IMG/VR virus record: IMGVR_UViG_3300043178_000025
Reading direction: 5' to 3' (one strand)
DNA from: a virus
DNA length: 64,000 bases
Shown: positions 17,646-27,210 of the stretch, piece by piece
Layout: the number at the start of each line of letters is the position of its first letter
Position numbering within the stretch: position 1 is the first letter of the stretch
The notes under the pieces: model-generated
The model's input: only the letters and a program-made list of their open reading frames with translations
The model's database searches: none
What the model was told of the DNA's origin: nothing
Program-made: the position numbers and the translations under genes

Positions 17646-18911
17646 ATGAGTTGGTTGGACGACTACGCGGAGAGAGCCTCTCAGTACATTGACGCGCCGA
17701 CGGTGTTTCAGAAGGCGCTCGCGTACTGGACGCTCGGGTCGGCCATCGGCAAGAGGGTCTACTACCAGTTCGGATCGGGCCCCGTGTTCCCCAACATGTT
17801 CCTCGTTCTCGTGGGGCGGTCCGGCATGATCCGGAAGTCCACCACAAAGAACTTCGCCCTCGACGTGCTCGACAAGGTCTGCCCTGAGATCGACCTTCCG
17901 GGCCGGGGATCGCCGGAAGCGTTCCGTGACGCTCTCGACGAGAAGGGATGGTACGGCGTCCTGCACTACGACGAGTTCTACGAGTTCCTTGCGAAGCGCA
18001 AGAAGGACTACAACGCGGACATGGACACGACGATCATGGAACTCTTCAGCCACGGCAGGAAGAGCCCGATCCGGACGAAGACCTCGGGAGAAATCCGGAT
18101 TCCTGCGGACGCGGTGATCTCGTTCATCGCGCCGACGACGCTCGACCTCTTCGTGGCCGGGCTTGCGAAGGACGATCTCCTGTCCGGGCTCATGGCCCGC
18201 TTCATGCTCATCGAGGCCGAGAAGGACATCCAGTACGCGGTGCCGCCGCCGATGCCGGACAGCGTGAAGACGTGGCTCGCGACGAAGATGAAGGAACTCA
18301 TCCCGAACGTGCAGAATGCCGTCGAGATCAAGGAGACGCCCGAAGCTCGCGGGATGCTGGAAGCCATGTACGACGCGATCAACGAGCGCGTGAAGGAGAC
18401 GAAGAACTCGCTCTTCGGCGAGGCGTTCAACCGTGGGCAGGTGTACGCGCTGAAGCTCGCCATGATTCACGCGATTGCAGAGAAGCGCCTCGTTCTTGAG
18501 CAGAGGGACTACGAGGCGGTGATGCCCTTCATCACGAACTGGGCCGAGGCTCTCAAGAACGTCGTCGAGCGCGTGTCCGTCGAAGATCGGTTCCAAGAGC
18601 AGATTGCGGAAGCCGAGCGGTTCCTGCGGGACCATCCGAAGACGACCTCGAAGGCGCTTCAGGGCTACATGCGGCTGCGGAAGTACGAGATGCAGGACCT
18701 CGTCCACCACCTCACCGAGGCCGGACTCTGTGAGGTCATGGACTCGGTCGATGCGTCCGGGAAGACGACGCGCATCATCAAGTATTCGGCGAACGGCGTG
18801 CTGCCGGACGCCGAGGAGCCCGTCGTCATGCTGTCGAGGCCGACGCCGAAAGTATCCACGGCGACGGTGCCCGCCCCTTCCCCCGCTCCTCCTCCGGAAC
18901 AGAAGCCGTGA
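17646..18911 (+). CDS. DUF3987/YfjI-like P-loop helicase
   Basis: PNMFLVLVGRSGMIRKSTT, HYDEFYEFL, GLMARFML. Confidence 0.8.
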   Translation: MSWLDDYAERASQYIDAPTVFQKALAYWTLGSAIGKRVYYQFGSGPVFPNMFLVLVGRSGMIRKSTTKNFALDVLDKVCPEIDLPGRGSPEAFRDALDEKGWYGVLHYDEFYEFLAKRKKDYNADMDTTIMELFSHGRKSPIRTKTSGEIRIPADAVISFIAPTTLDLFVAGLAKDDLLSGLMARFMLIEAEKDIQYAVPPPMPDSVKTWLATKMKELIPNVQNAVEIKETPEARGMLEAMYDAINERVKETKNSLFGEAFNRGQVYALKLAMIHAIAEKRLVLEQRDYEAVMPFITNWAEALKNVVERVSVEDRFQEQIAEAERFLRDHPKTTSKALQGYMRLRKYEMQDLVHHLTEAGLCEVMDSVDASGKTTRIIKYSANGVLPDAEEPVVMLSRPTPKVSTATVPAPSPAPPPEQKP

Positions 18912-19057
18912 ACGAACCGCCGCCTGTGAACAGGACTCCGAACAAGTGCCCCGTGTGCGGCGGCACGGCTGCGGAGGGGGAGTTCGTCGGGGAGAACACG
19001 GTCGAGGTCGAGTGTAACGAGTGCGGCCACAAGTGGCGGCAGTACATTCCGGATTGA
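18908..19057 (+). CDS. small zinc-ribbon protein
   Basis: CPVCGG..CNECGHKW; read by hand, GTGA overlap. Confidence 0.6.
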   Translation: MNEPPPVNRTPNKCPVCGGTAAEGEFVGENTVEVECNECGHKWRQYIPD

Positions 19058-19075
19058 GAAAGTCGAGGTGATGGC

Positions 19076-19291
19076 GTGGCGAAGACGGTCGTGTTCACGG
19101 TCATCTACGCGGTCGAGCCCGGGCAACTGCTCGAAGGCGTCGAAGAGCCGCTGGAGCGCCTGCGTGAGTACGGCGCGGCGGAAGTGGTTGACGTGAGGGT
19201 CTTCGATGGGCCGCTGGAGAAGCTCAAGATCGCCAGCATGGGCGAAGAGGCGATTGCGAAAGCGGTGAAGCTGGACGTTCGCAAGGCGTAG
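19076..19291 (+). CDS. hypothetical protein
   Basis: 71-aa ORF with GAGG RBS. Confidence 0.6.
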   Translation: MAKTVVFTVIYAVEPGQLLEGVEEPLERLREYGAAEVVDVRVFDGPLEKLKIASMGEEAIAKAVKLDVRKA

Positions 19292-19292
19292 C

Positions 19293-19829
19293 ATGAGCGG
19301 GCGTAACGGCGGCTGGATGGTGACGGTGAGCGGTCGTCAGTTCTGGCCGCTCGATCCGAAGGAAGAAGAGGTCGAGATCGGGGACATCGCTCACGCGCTC
19401 TCGAACATCTGCCGCTTCGGAGGCCACGTCAAGGAGTTCTACAGCGTCGCGCAACATTGTCTCCTCGTGGCCGCGTGCGTGCCGAAGGAGGATCAACGAT
19501 GGGCGCTTCTTCACGACGCAGCGGAAGCGTACATGGGCGACATGGTGAGGCCGATCAAGAGGTTCATGCCGAACTTCAAAGAGGCCGAGGAAAGGCTCCT
19601 GCGCGTCATCGGGGTTCGGTTCGGCCTGACGTGGCCGATGCCGGAAAGCATCCACGTCGCGGACAATCTGGTCCTCGGCGCGGAAGCGCGTGATCTCATG
19701 CCCGCTTTGTGCGAGCGCGAGCGCAGGAACGAGGCCCCGCTGGGGCTGGTCGTGGACCCTCTGGAGCCGGACATGGCGCGTAGCGTGTACCTCGATACGT
19801 TCCACAGACTCTTCGGGAGGAAGGGATGA
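19293..19829 (+). CDS. HD-domain nucleotide phosphohydrolase (YfbR/YfdR-like)
   Basis: DIAHALSNICRFGGH..YSVAQHC..LLHDAAEAYMGDMVRPIK. Confidence 0.88.
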   Translation: MSGRNGGWMVTVSGRQFWPLDPKEEEVEIGDIAHALSNICRFGGHVKEFYSVAQHCLLVAACVPKEDQRWALLHDAAEAYMGDMVRPIKRFMPNFKEAEERLLRVIGVRFGLTWPMPESIHVADNLVLGAEARDLMPALCERERRNEAPLGLVVDPLEPDMARSVYLDTFHRLFGRKG

Positions 19830-19882
19830 AGAAGCTCGCGTGGGTCATCATCATCGTGCCGTGGGTCCTGCTCGGATAATTC

Positions 19883-20620
19883 ATGTTCGAGCGGTGTAAT
19901 AAGTGCGACGCCTTCGGCAAGCACCCGTTCTGCCCCCTGTGCTCGAACAAGATGCACTCCATCGGGCATGTCGTGGACAAAGGCATGGACTCGGAGGAGC
20001 TTGACAGGAGTGCGCCGACTCGGGTCCTGACGCAGCAGCGGGACGGGATCACGATGGCGTTCATGATCCCGTACCTCGCGGCGAAGGGGAAAATCCCTGA
20101 AGAGCGGGCACCCGAGGTCGTCCGGCGGATTCTGGGCCTTCTGCACCCCACCCTCGTCCTCGAAGCGGTGTGGCACTTCGCGTACAGCAGGATGCCGTAC
20201 CTCTTCGAGGTCGTGGACGCGGACCTGACGGGCGACACCATGCCGTTCATGAAGGTCCGCTACGGGTACTGGGAGTGTCGCGATCACAAGGGGATGCTGC
20301 CCGGGGACGTTCCGGCCCGGGCCATTGAGCGCGACGGCGGGCGCTGCATCATCTGTGGTGCGGCGCAGAACGTCGTCGTCGGCTACATGATCCCGTTGGG
20401 GTGGCACGGCAAGAAGGTCGGGACGTACAAGACGAAGGTGACGAGCCGGACGGAGATCGGGAACGTCGCGACCTTCTGTACGGCCTGCCAGAAGGAACGC
20501 GGGGACCGGGACTACTGGCAGTTCGTGAAGGCGAAGGGCTTTCCCATGGACGATTACGTCGTGGACTTCAAGAGCGGATTCGTCAGGAACTTCATCGTGG
20601 GCGGGAAGGTGAGGCTGTGA
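19883..20620 (+). CDS. protein with N-terminal zinc ribbon and degenerate C-terminal HNH fold
   Basis: RDGGRCIICG..GYMIP..NVATFCTACQKERG. Confidence 0.6.
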   Translation: MFERCNKCDAFGKHPFCPLCSNKMHSIGHVVDKGMDSEELDRSAPTRVLTQQRDGITMAFMIPYLAAKGKIPEERAPEVVRRILGLLHPTLVLEAVWHFAYSRMPYLFEVVDADLTGDTMPFMKVRYGYWECRDHKGMLPGDVPARAIERDGGRCIICGAAQNVVVGYMIPLGWHGKKVGTYKTKVTSRTEIGNVATFCTACQKERGDRDYWQFVKAKGFPMDDYVVDFKSGFVRNFIVGGKVRL

Positions 20621-21114
20621 AGAAGGCGAAGGCTGCGACGGTGCAGACGCTGATGCAAGAAGCTCGCGAGGCTGCTTACAAGGCCGTCGTTGGCATCTAC
20701 GAAAAGGCTGAGGGCCTGAAGCTCATCTTCGGCAACGGCCATCACATGGCGCAGAGGATCGGCGAGAGCGCCGCTGCGCTCCTTCACGAGCGGTCGTGGA
20801 GGGAAGAGGGGCTCCTGAACATGTGTCAGCTTGAGGTTCGCATGTCGAGAGCCGACCTTGACTGGATCGAGGCGACGTTCGGAGCCGACCTGAGCGAAGG
20901 AGCCTACGTCGTGAACTGCAAGTCCGGTAGCGATGTGAACTGCAACGACCTGCGGGACATATGGGGGAGGCTGCCGGACGAGGCTGACGGGCAGTTCAGC
21001 ATCATCGTAGCCCGGGCGTTCGAGCAGTCGGCGATTGAGTTCGCCTACGAGCATGAGGACGTGGTACTCTGCACGGAGAAGGGCGGGAAGTGGAAGGTCG
21101 TGAAGGACATCTAG
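20617..21114 (+). CDS. hypothetical protein
   Basis: GTGA overlap, 165 aa. Confidence 0.6.
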   Translation: MKKAKAATVQTLMQEAREAAYKAVVGIYEKAEGLKLIFGNGHHMAQRIGESAAALLHERSWREEGLLNMCQLEVRMSRADLDWIEATFGADLSEGAYVVNCKSGSDVNCNDLRDIWGRLPDEADGQFSIIVARAFEQSAIEFAYEHEDVVLCTEKGGKWKVVKDI

Positions 21115-21123
21115 GAGGGGGCC

Positions 21124-21291
21124 ATGCAGTTCTGGGTCGGCGCGACGATGAGCGCGGCGGGCCTCTTCGCCGTCGGACTCATGATGGGATGGTGGCTGCG
21201 CGGTAAGTTCGTCAAGGATGAGCTTCGCTCCGTAGCTGAGGAAATGATGGGAGACCTGCCGGACATCTGGCCCGACGAGCGTCACAGTTGA
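21124..21291 (+). CDS. small membrane protein
   Basis: GGAGG RBS; N-terminal hydrophobic helix. Confidence 0.6.
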   Translation: MQFWVGATMSAAGLFAVGLMMGWWLRGKFVKDELRSVAEEMMGDLPDIWPDERHS

Positions 21292-21316
21292 CGCGGACCG
21301 GATCAGGGTCTACGCT
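21288..21316 (+). promoter_or_regulatory. sigma70-type promoter
   Basis: TTGACG-17 nt-TACGCT. Confidence 0.45.
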
Positions 21317-21322
21317 AACGAC

Positions 21323-21634
21323 ATGGCACGTCGGAAAGACGAGGAGAATTCGCGGTTGGTCGATCCCTACGAGGAGGTCTACAACGACTTCCGCACCGTG
21401 GTCGAGTCAGCCGTGGACCGCTTCGGATCGTACTCGGACATCGTCATGGTCGTGGGTCACGCGCAGGCGGAAGCTCTCGTCCGGACGCTGAGGAGCTTCA
21501 CATTCAAGCGCATGACGAAGCGGCGGAAGGCCGAACATCTCCATTGGCTCTTCAACCAGATGCTCGGCGACATCCTGCATGGCGAAAAGGGCATCGTCGC
21601 AAAGCTGTTCGTGAGGGAGGTCAAGCACAAATGA
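21323..21634 (+). CDS. hypothetical protein
   Basis: 103-aa ORF after promoter. Confidence 0.65.
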   Translation: MARRKDEENSRLVDPYEEVYNDFRTVVESAVDRFGSYSDIVMVVGHAQAEALVRTLRSFTFKRMTKRRKAEHLHWLFNQMLGDILHGEKGIVAKLFVREVKHK

Positions 21635-21647
21635 CGACGGCTCAATA

Positions 21648-22361
21648 GTGAGTGCAGCACTCGACCTTCACGGGAAGACATTCGGTCGCCTGACTGCTCT
21701 ACGTCTGATGGGTCAGAGAGATAGGCATGGCGTTCGTTACTGGCTGTGCAGGTGTGGTTGCGGGAACCAGAAGAGTGTATCGGCTGGAAATCTTCGTTCG
21801 GGCGCTGTAGCGTCCTGCGGTTGCAGCAGGAAGACGCACGGAGCGTCCGATACTCGAACGTACCGTGTCTGGTGGGCTATGATTGCCCGTTGTCGCTACA
21901 AGAGGATGCCGTTCTGGGTGCGCTACGGAGGTCGTGGCATCCGCGTCTGTTGGCGCTGGAAAAAATTCGAGAACTTCCTTGCTGACATGGGTGAAGCGCC
22001 CCCGGGCCTGACGTTGGATCGAAAGAACAACGATGGGAACTATTCTCCATCGAATTGTTGGTGGGCAACGCAGGCAGAGCAGGAAAGAAACAAGGATCAC
22101 ACGCGCTACATTGACCATAAGGGCCAGAGAATGTGCGTGACTGATTGGGCTGCCGTGAAGGGGTTGAAGATCAACCTCATCTGTACCCGCCTGTCGCGTG
22201 GCTGGTCGGTAGAACGGGCTCTTGAGACTGAGCCTATTCCACGTAGTAAGCCACCTTCACCTTGCCGTACCTGTTCTAAGATGTGTAGGATTCGTCGTAA
22301 TGGGCTGTGTAATGCCTGCTATCTTCGACTTTGGAGGCGCAACCATGCCGCAACCGTGTAA
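21648..22361 (+). CDS. HNH homing-type endonuclease
   Basis: WLCRCGCG, YGGRGIRVC, FENFLADMGEAPPGLTLDRKNNDGNYSPSNC. Confidence 0.88.
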   Translation: MSAALDLHGKTFGRLTALRLMGQRDRHGVRYWLCRCGCGNQKSVSAGNLRSGAVASCGCSRKTHGASDTRTYRVWWAMIARCRYKRMPFWVRYGGRGIRVCWRWKKFENFLADMGEAPPGLTLDRKNNDGNYSPSNCWWATQAEQERNKDHTRYIDHKGQRMCVTDWAAVKGLKINLICTRLSRGWSVERALETEPIPRSKPPSPCRTCSKMCRIRRNGLCNACYLRLWRRNHAATV

Positions 22362-22728
22362 GCACGAGCATACATTCGAGACGACCGATAAAGACCTCAA
22401 GCTGCACGTTTCGGTCTGTACTGATTGCCAGACCTTGAGGCATTCCTGCTTCGAGCCTCTGCCCGATGGTATCGAGCAGGGCATGGAGGAAGTCCGGCGC
22501 TGGGCACAGCACTACGCGAAGTCGGCGCGGACGGTGTCGGACGGGGCCGTGATCGCACAGAAGAACGAGAAGGTGCTCGTCGATCTCCGCAAGGCCATGA
22601 TGCAGCATCGCATGGTGAAGAACGAGGCGCTCGAAACCGTCGCGGAGGCTCTCGAAGAGAAGGGCATGACGGACGCGGCGGTGGTGGCGCGTTCCCTCAA
22701 GCTCGAAGTGAGTCTCAAGGAAGCGTGA
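22345..22728 (+). CDS. hypothetical protein
   Basis: GGAGG RBS. Confidence 0.65.
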   Translation: MPQPCKHEHTFETTDKDLKLHVSVCTDCQTLRHSCFEPLPDGIEQGMEEVRRWAQHYAKSARTVSDGAVIAQKNEKVLVDLRKAMMQHRMVKNEALETVAEALEEKGMTDAAVVARSLKLEVSLKEA

Positions 22729-22747
22729 CGGCTGTCCTTTCCTTTCG

Positions 22748-22779
22748 GGTCCCCGCCGGATAGCCCTCCGACGGGGACC
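22748..22779 (+). terminator. GC-rich intergenic hairpin
   Basis: GGTCCCCG/CGGGGACC outer stem plus CGGA/TCCG inner stem. Confidence 0.4.
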
Positions 22780-22808
22780 TAAATTTCGGGGGTGGATGGC
22801 TGGCCCGT

Positions 22809-23120
22809 ATGGTGGCGGGCCAGCTTCTTATGAAACCCCTTCTTCTCAGAAAATCTGAAGCGGTCGATCAGACCATCCAGTTGTGGATGGAGTACGATCC
22901 GGCCTGCAACATGGACCCCGAGTCCATGCTCATCGAGAAGGACCTGCTTGCGCCGCTCTTCGACAGCACGGTCCATCCGCTCTATCGCGTGCAGGCTGCC
23001 CGCATCGAGGCTATGTTCGAGAGCTTCACGGACGCTCTGGATCGGTACAGGGAACTCGCGAAGAACTGGAATGCGAATGAGACCTTCAAGCACGAGAAGA
23101 TATTCCGCTGGATCGAGTAG
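22809..23120 (+). CDS. hypothetical protein
   Basis: 103-aa ORF; start uncertain. Confidence 0.6.
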   Translation: MVAGQLLMKPLLLRKSEAVDQTIQLWMEYDPACNMDPESMLIEKDLLAPLFDSTVHPLYRVQAARIEAMFESFTDALDRYRELAKNWNANETFKHEKIFRWIE

Positions 23121-23145
23121 GGTCCGGCGGGACATTCGTCCGGGC

Positions 23146-23346
23146 GTGGAGGCGTGGTACGTGTACTCCACGAAAGAGGTCCCCTACGTCTACTGGTCGT
23201 GCTCGAAGCAGGACTGGGTGCCGTGGATCGCGGGCGACGAGGCCGAGGCGTTCTATACGAAGACCTCTGCGGAAGAAGTGGCATTCAGTCTCGCCATGCA
23301 GATGCCTCTTCTCGCGCAGGAGATCGGCGTCTTGAGGCGGGCATGA
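23146..23346 (+). CDS. small protein, paralog family A
   Basis: WYVY..YW..W..AFYTKTSAEEVAFSLA..MP. Confidence 0.6.
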   Translation: MEAWYVYSTKEVPYVYWSCSKQDWVPWIAGDEAEAFYTKTSAEEVAFSLAMQMPLLAQEIGVLRRA

Positions 23347-23756
23347 AACGCTTTTGGAAGTACGTTCGTAAGACTCGTAAGTGTTGGCTGTGGACTGGAG
23401 CTAGATCGAAGGAAGGTTACGGCGTCTTCACGCTTGATGGCAAGGCGCAGCTAGCCCATCGTCTGTCATATCAATGGAAGATTGGGCCCGTTCCTCATGG
23501 GAAGGAACTGGACCACGATTGTAGGAAGACGGCCTGCGTGAGACCAAGCCATCTTGATCCAGTAAGTCATCGTGTGAACTGTCTCCGTGGGCGATCTAAT
23601 AATGCGCGTAACGCTAGAAAGCGTCGGTGTAAACGCGGACATCCGTTTACCTTAGCGAATACCTACTGGAGAAAAGATCGTCCACGACACAGGCATTGTA
23701 AGCGGTGCGCGTATCTTTATTTGAGGCGGTGGCGTCGTGGCATGGCTCGTGTTTAG
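23343..23756 (+). CDS. HNH endonuclease (paralog of 8582-9031)
   Basis: CWLWTG..GYGVF, AHRLSY, LDHDC..CVRPSHL. Confidence 0.88.
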   Translation: MKRFWKYVRKTRKCWLWTGARSKEGYGVFTLDGKAQLAHRLSYQWKIGPVPHGKELDHDCRKTACVRPSHLDPVSHRVNCLRGRSNNARNARKRRCKRGHPFTLANTYWRKDRPRHRHCKRCAYLYLRRWRRGMARV

Positions 23757-23976
23757 CGACAAGGAGGGCGTGGGCCGTCACTACTGGTCTGAGGCGAAGA
23801 AGGACTGGGTGAAGCTCTACGACGGCCCGACGCTCTATGATACCGAGGACGCCGCGCAGGACGTGGCGGCGAGTTTTCTCATGAAGGACCCGGACCTTGC
23901 GATGTGGAGATTCTCCGGGATCGGAGTCACGAGCGAGGTCGGTCAGCCGTGGAACAGGAGTCTGGACAAGCCATGA
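23737..23976 (+). CDS. small protein, paralog family A
   Basis: WLVF..HYW..W..LYDTEDAAQDVAASFLMKDP. Confidence 0.65.
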   Translation: MAWLVFSDKEGVGRHYWSEAKKDWVKLYDGPTLYDTEDAAQDVAASFLMKDPDLAMWRFSGIGVTSEVGQPWNRSLDKP

Positions 23977-24470
23977 GCGAAGCGAAGGGTCAGAAGCCGT
24001 TTCAGATCGAGCCGACGAAGGCCATTGACAGGGACATGCTCGATCCGATCCTGTCGAAGGACATCGAACTGACTCCGGAGCGCATCGCCTTCCTCGAAGG
24101 CCGCGTGACGAAGTGCTTCCTGTGCAAGTGGATTCTCGAAGACTACAAGGCCCACGGGACGCTCAAGGGTCACAAGTCGGGCGACGGGCAGTTCGAGGTC
24201 TTTCCCGTGCGCGGCGAGATCAACCATCTCCATCTCGAATTCCACGGCAAGCCCTACCCGTGGAAGGAGCCCGTGAACCAGTACGAGGAGAAGCCGCACG
24301 GCTTCACGAAGGACGAGAAGCTCGTACCCGTGGAGCCCGTCGTCGCGGCGACGCCGCGTCCGGAGCCCAAGAAGGACGAGGAGAAGGGTCCCGCCATCAC
24401 GATCAAGCCCGACCCGAACGCGGTGCCGCTGTCAAAGCCGAAGCAGCGCCCGAACAACATCAGGCTATGA
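23973..24470 (+). CDS. hypothetical protein
   Basis: ATGA overlaps on both sides. Confidence 0.65.
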   Translation: MSEAKGQKPFQIEPTKAIDRDMLDPILSKDIELTPERIAFLEGRVTKCFLCKWILEDYKAHGTLKGHKSGDGQFEVFPVRGEINHLHLEFHGKPYPWKEPVNQYEEKPHGFTKDEKLVPVEPVVAATPRPEPKKDEEKGPAITIKPDPNAVPLSKPKQRPNNIRL

Positions 24471-24745
24471 GGAAGTGGCTGGTCGTGTACGTCGAGGAAG
24501 GGTCCTCGGAGCCTCTCTACTTCAGCAGCGCAAAGGACAGGGACAACCCCGTGTGGGCGGGCAGCGCCAAGTTCGTGACGGACGACGGGGGCGTCGTCAC
24601 CACGGGGGTCGAACCGATCCACTTCGAGAAGGCCGACGCGGAAACGCTGGCGTTCAACTTCGTCATGTACGATAAGAGGTACTTGGACAGGGTGAACGCG
24701 GTGGAGTGCCCCCTGACGGACTGTCGCGAATGTGGTACGTCGTAG
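24467..24745 (+). CDS. small protein, paralog family A
   Basis: WLVVY..LYF..FEKADAETLAFNF..DRVNAV. Confidence 0.65.
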   Translation: MRKWLVVYVEEGSSEPLYFSSAKDRDNPVWAGSAKFVTDDGGVVTTGVEPIHFEKADAETLAFNFVMYDKRYLDRVNAVECPLTDCRECGTS

Positions 24746-24927
24746 TGTACGGCGGGTTTCTCGATCTCTACTGGACGGACGTGGCCCTTGAGCCCGCGTG
24801 GGGGAGATGGGTGCCAAAGAGTCGAGCGGCGACCTACACGACGAAGGAGGAGGCGGAAGCGGTTGCGGGTACAATTCTACTGTGCTATCCGGAGCTCATA
24901 GGTGTCGTTCAGGTCGTTGAGGGCTAA
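24730..24927 (+). CDS. small protein, paralog family A
   Basis: WYVVV..YW..AATYTTKEEAEAVA..YPELIGVVQVV. Confidence 0.7.
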   Translation: MWYVVVYGGFLDLYWTDVALEPAWGRWVPKSRAATYTTKEEAEAVAGTILLCYPELIGVVQVVEG

Positions 24928-25151
24928 TGCGCTACTTTATAGTCCAATGTGCCAGTGAGAAGCACCCCGATTGCGCTACAACGCACATCTGGTATTATCA
25001 CCAGCCCTCGGACAAGTGGACGATCAAGGAAGGGACCGCGTTCGAGACCCGTGAAGAGGCCGAGCGTGTCGCATTCAGCTTGGCCCTCAAGCACGACAAC
25101 CAGATCAGGTGCATCAGCGTCGTCGGTGAGGAGGATCGGGTATGCAGGTGA
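24927..25151 (+). CDS. small protein, paralog family A
   Basis: YFIV..WYY..AFETREEAERVAFSLA. Confidence 0.7.
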   Translation: MRYFIVQCASEKHPDCATTHIWYYHQPSDKWTIKEGTAFETREEAERVAFSLALKHDNQIRCISVVGEEDRVCR

Positions 25152-25345
25152 ATCTCGGGTACGGAGGGGACTTCGTCGAAGTGACGGATGAGCCCGGCGG
25201 CGGAAAGCAGTCGATCCTCATTCCCATCGCGGAGTGGGACAACCTCGTCCGAGAGTACATCTCGAACCGTCGCGAGGCTTACGTGACCGCCGGGCTCGTG
25301 GAGGGCGTCCTCTTCGATGATCGGACACACGACGCGGAATTCTAG
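25142..25345 (+). CDS. hypothetical protein
   Basis: 67-aa ORF in operon. Confidence 0.55.
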   Translation: MQVNLGYGGDFVEVTDEPGGGKQSILIPIAEWDNLVREYISNRREAYVTAGLVEGVLFDDRTHDAEF

Positions 25346-25586
25346 GCCGAAGGCCGTCCGCTGGATCATCGTTCGCCACGAACGCGATCCGAAGAAGGAC
25401 ATCACGGTCACGTTCTACTACGACGCATGGGAGAAGAAGTGGAGACGGGGGAAGTCGCACGTCGCGAAGGAGTACAAGACGCGGGCGGCAGCGGAAAGGG
25501 CTGCGTTCAAGATCACGGTGACGGACCCGTCTCTGTCGGGGACCGTGCTCGTGAAGAGGCTTGTCCGAGACCTCGAAACGCGGTGA
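25317..25586 (+). CDS. small protein, paralog family A
   Basis: WIIV..AKEYKTRAAAERAAFKI..DPSLSGTVLV; start uncertain. Confidence 0.65.
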   Translation: MIGHTTRNSRPKAVRWIIVRHERDPKKDITVTFYYDAWEKKWRRGKSHVAKEYKTRAAAERAAFKITVTDPSLSGTVLVKRLVRDLETR

Positions 25587-25783
25587 AGTACGTCATCGCG
25601 AGGATGCACGGGAGAGGCGGATACGTCTACTGGATCGGGGGCCTCGATGTCAGCTACAACTGGACCCGGTCTCTTGACGTGGCTGAACACTACGACACGC
25701 TTCTGGACGCTCAGGCTAAGGCCATGTGGCTTTCCGCCCGGTACTCCGAGTACATGGGACATATCGAGGTGCAGAGTCTGTGA
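25583..25783 (+). CDS. small protein, paralog family A
   Basis: YVIA..YW..AEHYDTLLDAQAKAMWL..GHIEV. Confidence 0.65.
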   Translation: MKYVIARMHGRGGYVYWIGGLDVSYNWTRSLDVAEHYDTLLDAQAKAMWLSARYSEYMGHIEVQSL

Positions 25784-26070
25784 TGTACTACGTCGTCATG
25801 CGTGGCGCGTCCGGCCTCAAGCTCTATCTGTCCCGGGAGGGCTTTGCGGTCGCGAAGAAAGAGGCCCTTGCGTTCCATGACAAGGAATGCGCGGACATGG
25901 CCGCGATGAACAAAGTCTGCTCCGACATCGACTTCATCGGACACCTTGAAGTGTCCGAAGAGAATCCGAACGACGAGCAAGACCTCGACAAATTCACGAT
26001 GGAGAACCTCGTGAACATGTTCTTCGACATCGGCGTGAGGATCAACCTGAAAGCGGTGCCGCGTGCCTGA
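25783..26070 (+). CDS. small protein, paralog family A
   Basis: YYVV..ALAFHDKECADMAAM..IGHLEV. Confidence 0.65.
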   Translation: MYYVVMRGASGLKLYLSREGFAVAKKEALAFHDKECADMAAMNKVCSDIDFIGHLEVSEENPNDEQDLDKFTMENLVNMFFDIGVRINLKAVPRA

Positions 26071-26548
26071 CGGTCTGAAGTACGTCAAGGACTATCCGTG
26101 GAAGACCGTGGAGATCATTCCTCCGGGGCGTGAACTGGACGTGATCGTGGCGCAGTTCCTCGGCTACGAAGTGAAGCCGCTCTCTAAGTGGGGCGACGAG
26201 TGGTTTCCGTTCATGGACCGTGCGACGGTAGCGCGTGGCGCTTGGATGGTGCCGGACGACGATGCCGAGCATGAAGAGGTGTACAAGCCCGGCGTTGAAG
26301 GGCGGTGGTCCGTGCATGTCGTCGAGGAGTACAGCGCCGACATCGCGTATGCGTGGAGGGTCTACGAGCGCATCGTGGATCGCTACGACCCGTCGGCGAC
26401 AATCCACAGGAACACGGTCGGGCTCTGGCACGACTACATGGGCGCGAGAGAGATCATCACGGGCCTCAACGCCCCTCACGCGATCAGCCTGAGCGCGAAG
26501 TACCTGTGGGCCAGAGATGTGAAACCCATCGGGCCCGTCGCCCGGTGA
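26063..26548 (+). CDS. hypothetical protein
   Basis: GRELDVIVA..YSADIAYAWRV, resembling small phage ABA-sandwich-type proteins. Confidence 0.6.
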   Translation: MPDGLKYVKDYPWKTVEIIPPGRELDVIVAQFLGYEVKPLSKWGDEWFPFMDRATVARGAWMVPDDDAEHEEVYKPGVEGRWSVHVVEEYSADIAYAWRVYERIVDRYDPSATIHRNTVGLWHDYMGAREIITGLNAPHAISLSAKYLWARDVKPIGPVAR

Positions 26549-26647
26549 TCGTTCTTTCACACGGGGCCGAGAGGGAGAGCGACGTGCTCGGCGGCTGTGT
26601 TTCCTCTCTATCTCCAGCGGCGGCGATTCCCCCCGCCGCCGCCTAAA

Positions 26648-26920
26648 ATGAACTTCACGAACTTGTCAGCGTGGTACATCGTCAAGGAGCGTCGCCAGAA
26701 GCGGTGCGATCACCCGGGAGGTCCCAACGGGCGGTGTACGTGCAACTACGAGATGTACTTCGACGGAAACATCTGGGACATGGCCCGCCACAACGCTCTC
26801 AGGTACAGTACGAAGGAGGAGGCCGAGAGTGCCGCGTTCCTGCTCGTCGTGAAGCAGGGCGAGGACATGGGCAAGGTCACGGTGAAGGAGATGGAGTGGA
26901 ATCCGGACGAAGGGGAATGA
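26648..26920 (+). CDS. small protein, paralog family A
   Basis: WYIVK..ALRYSTKEEAESAAFLLV..GKVTV. Confidence 0.7.
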   Translation: MNFTNLSAWYIVKERRQKRCDHPGGPNGRCTCNYEMYFDGNIWDMARHNALRYSTKEEAESAAFLLVVKQGEDMGKVTVKEMEWNPDEGE

Positions 26921-27210
26921 CGAACGAAGACTGGGTGAAGGGCTGGCTCGCTACCGATACAGGGCGGGCATTCACACGCGATCATGCGGAGGACTGGAAA
27001 AGTCTCCAGCACCATCTGTCCTGCGGGGTCCTTCCTGAAGTGGACCCCGCCGAGGGGATCGCGGGGCCCTGCCCTTGCGGGAAGGCCGCGACGGGGAAGG
27101 ACATCCGGTTCCTCCTGAGCGACTACGAGTTCATGTCGATCTGTCCGGGCTGCGGATCGTGGCAAATCTTCAGGACACGGAAAGGCAACGAGAAGTACGG
27201 GAGGCTGTGA
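26917..27210 (+). CDS. hypothetical zinc-ribbon protein
   Basis: CPCG..CPGCG. Confidence 0.6.
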   Translation: MTNEDWVKGWLATDTGRAFTRDHAEDWKSLQHHLSCGVLPEVDPAEGIAGPCPCGKAATGKDIRFLLSDYEFMSICPGCGSWQIFRTRKGNEKYGRL

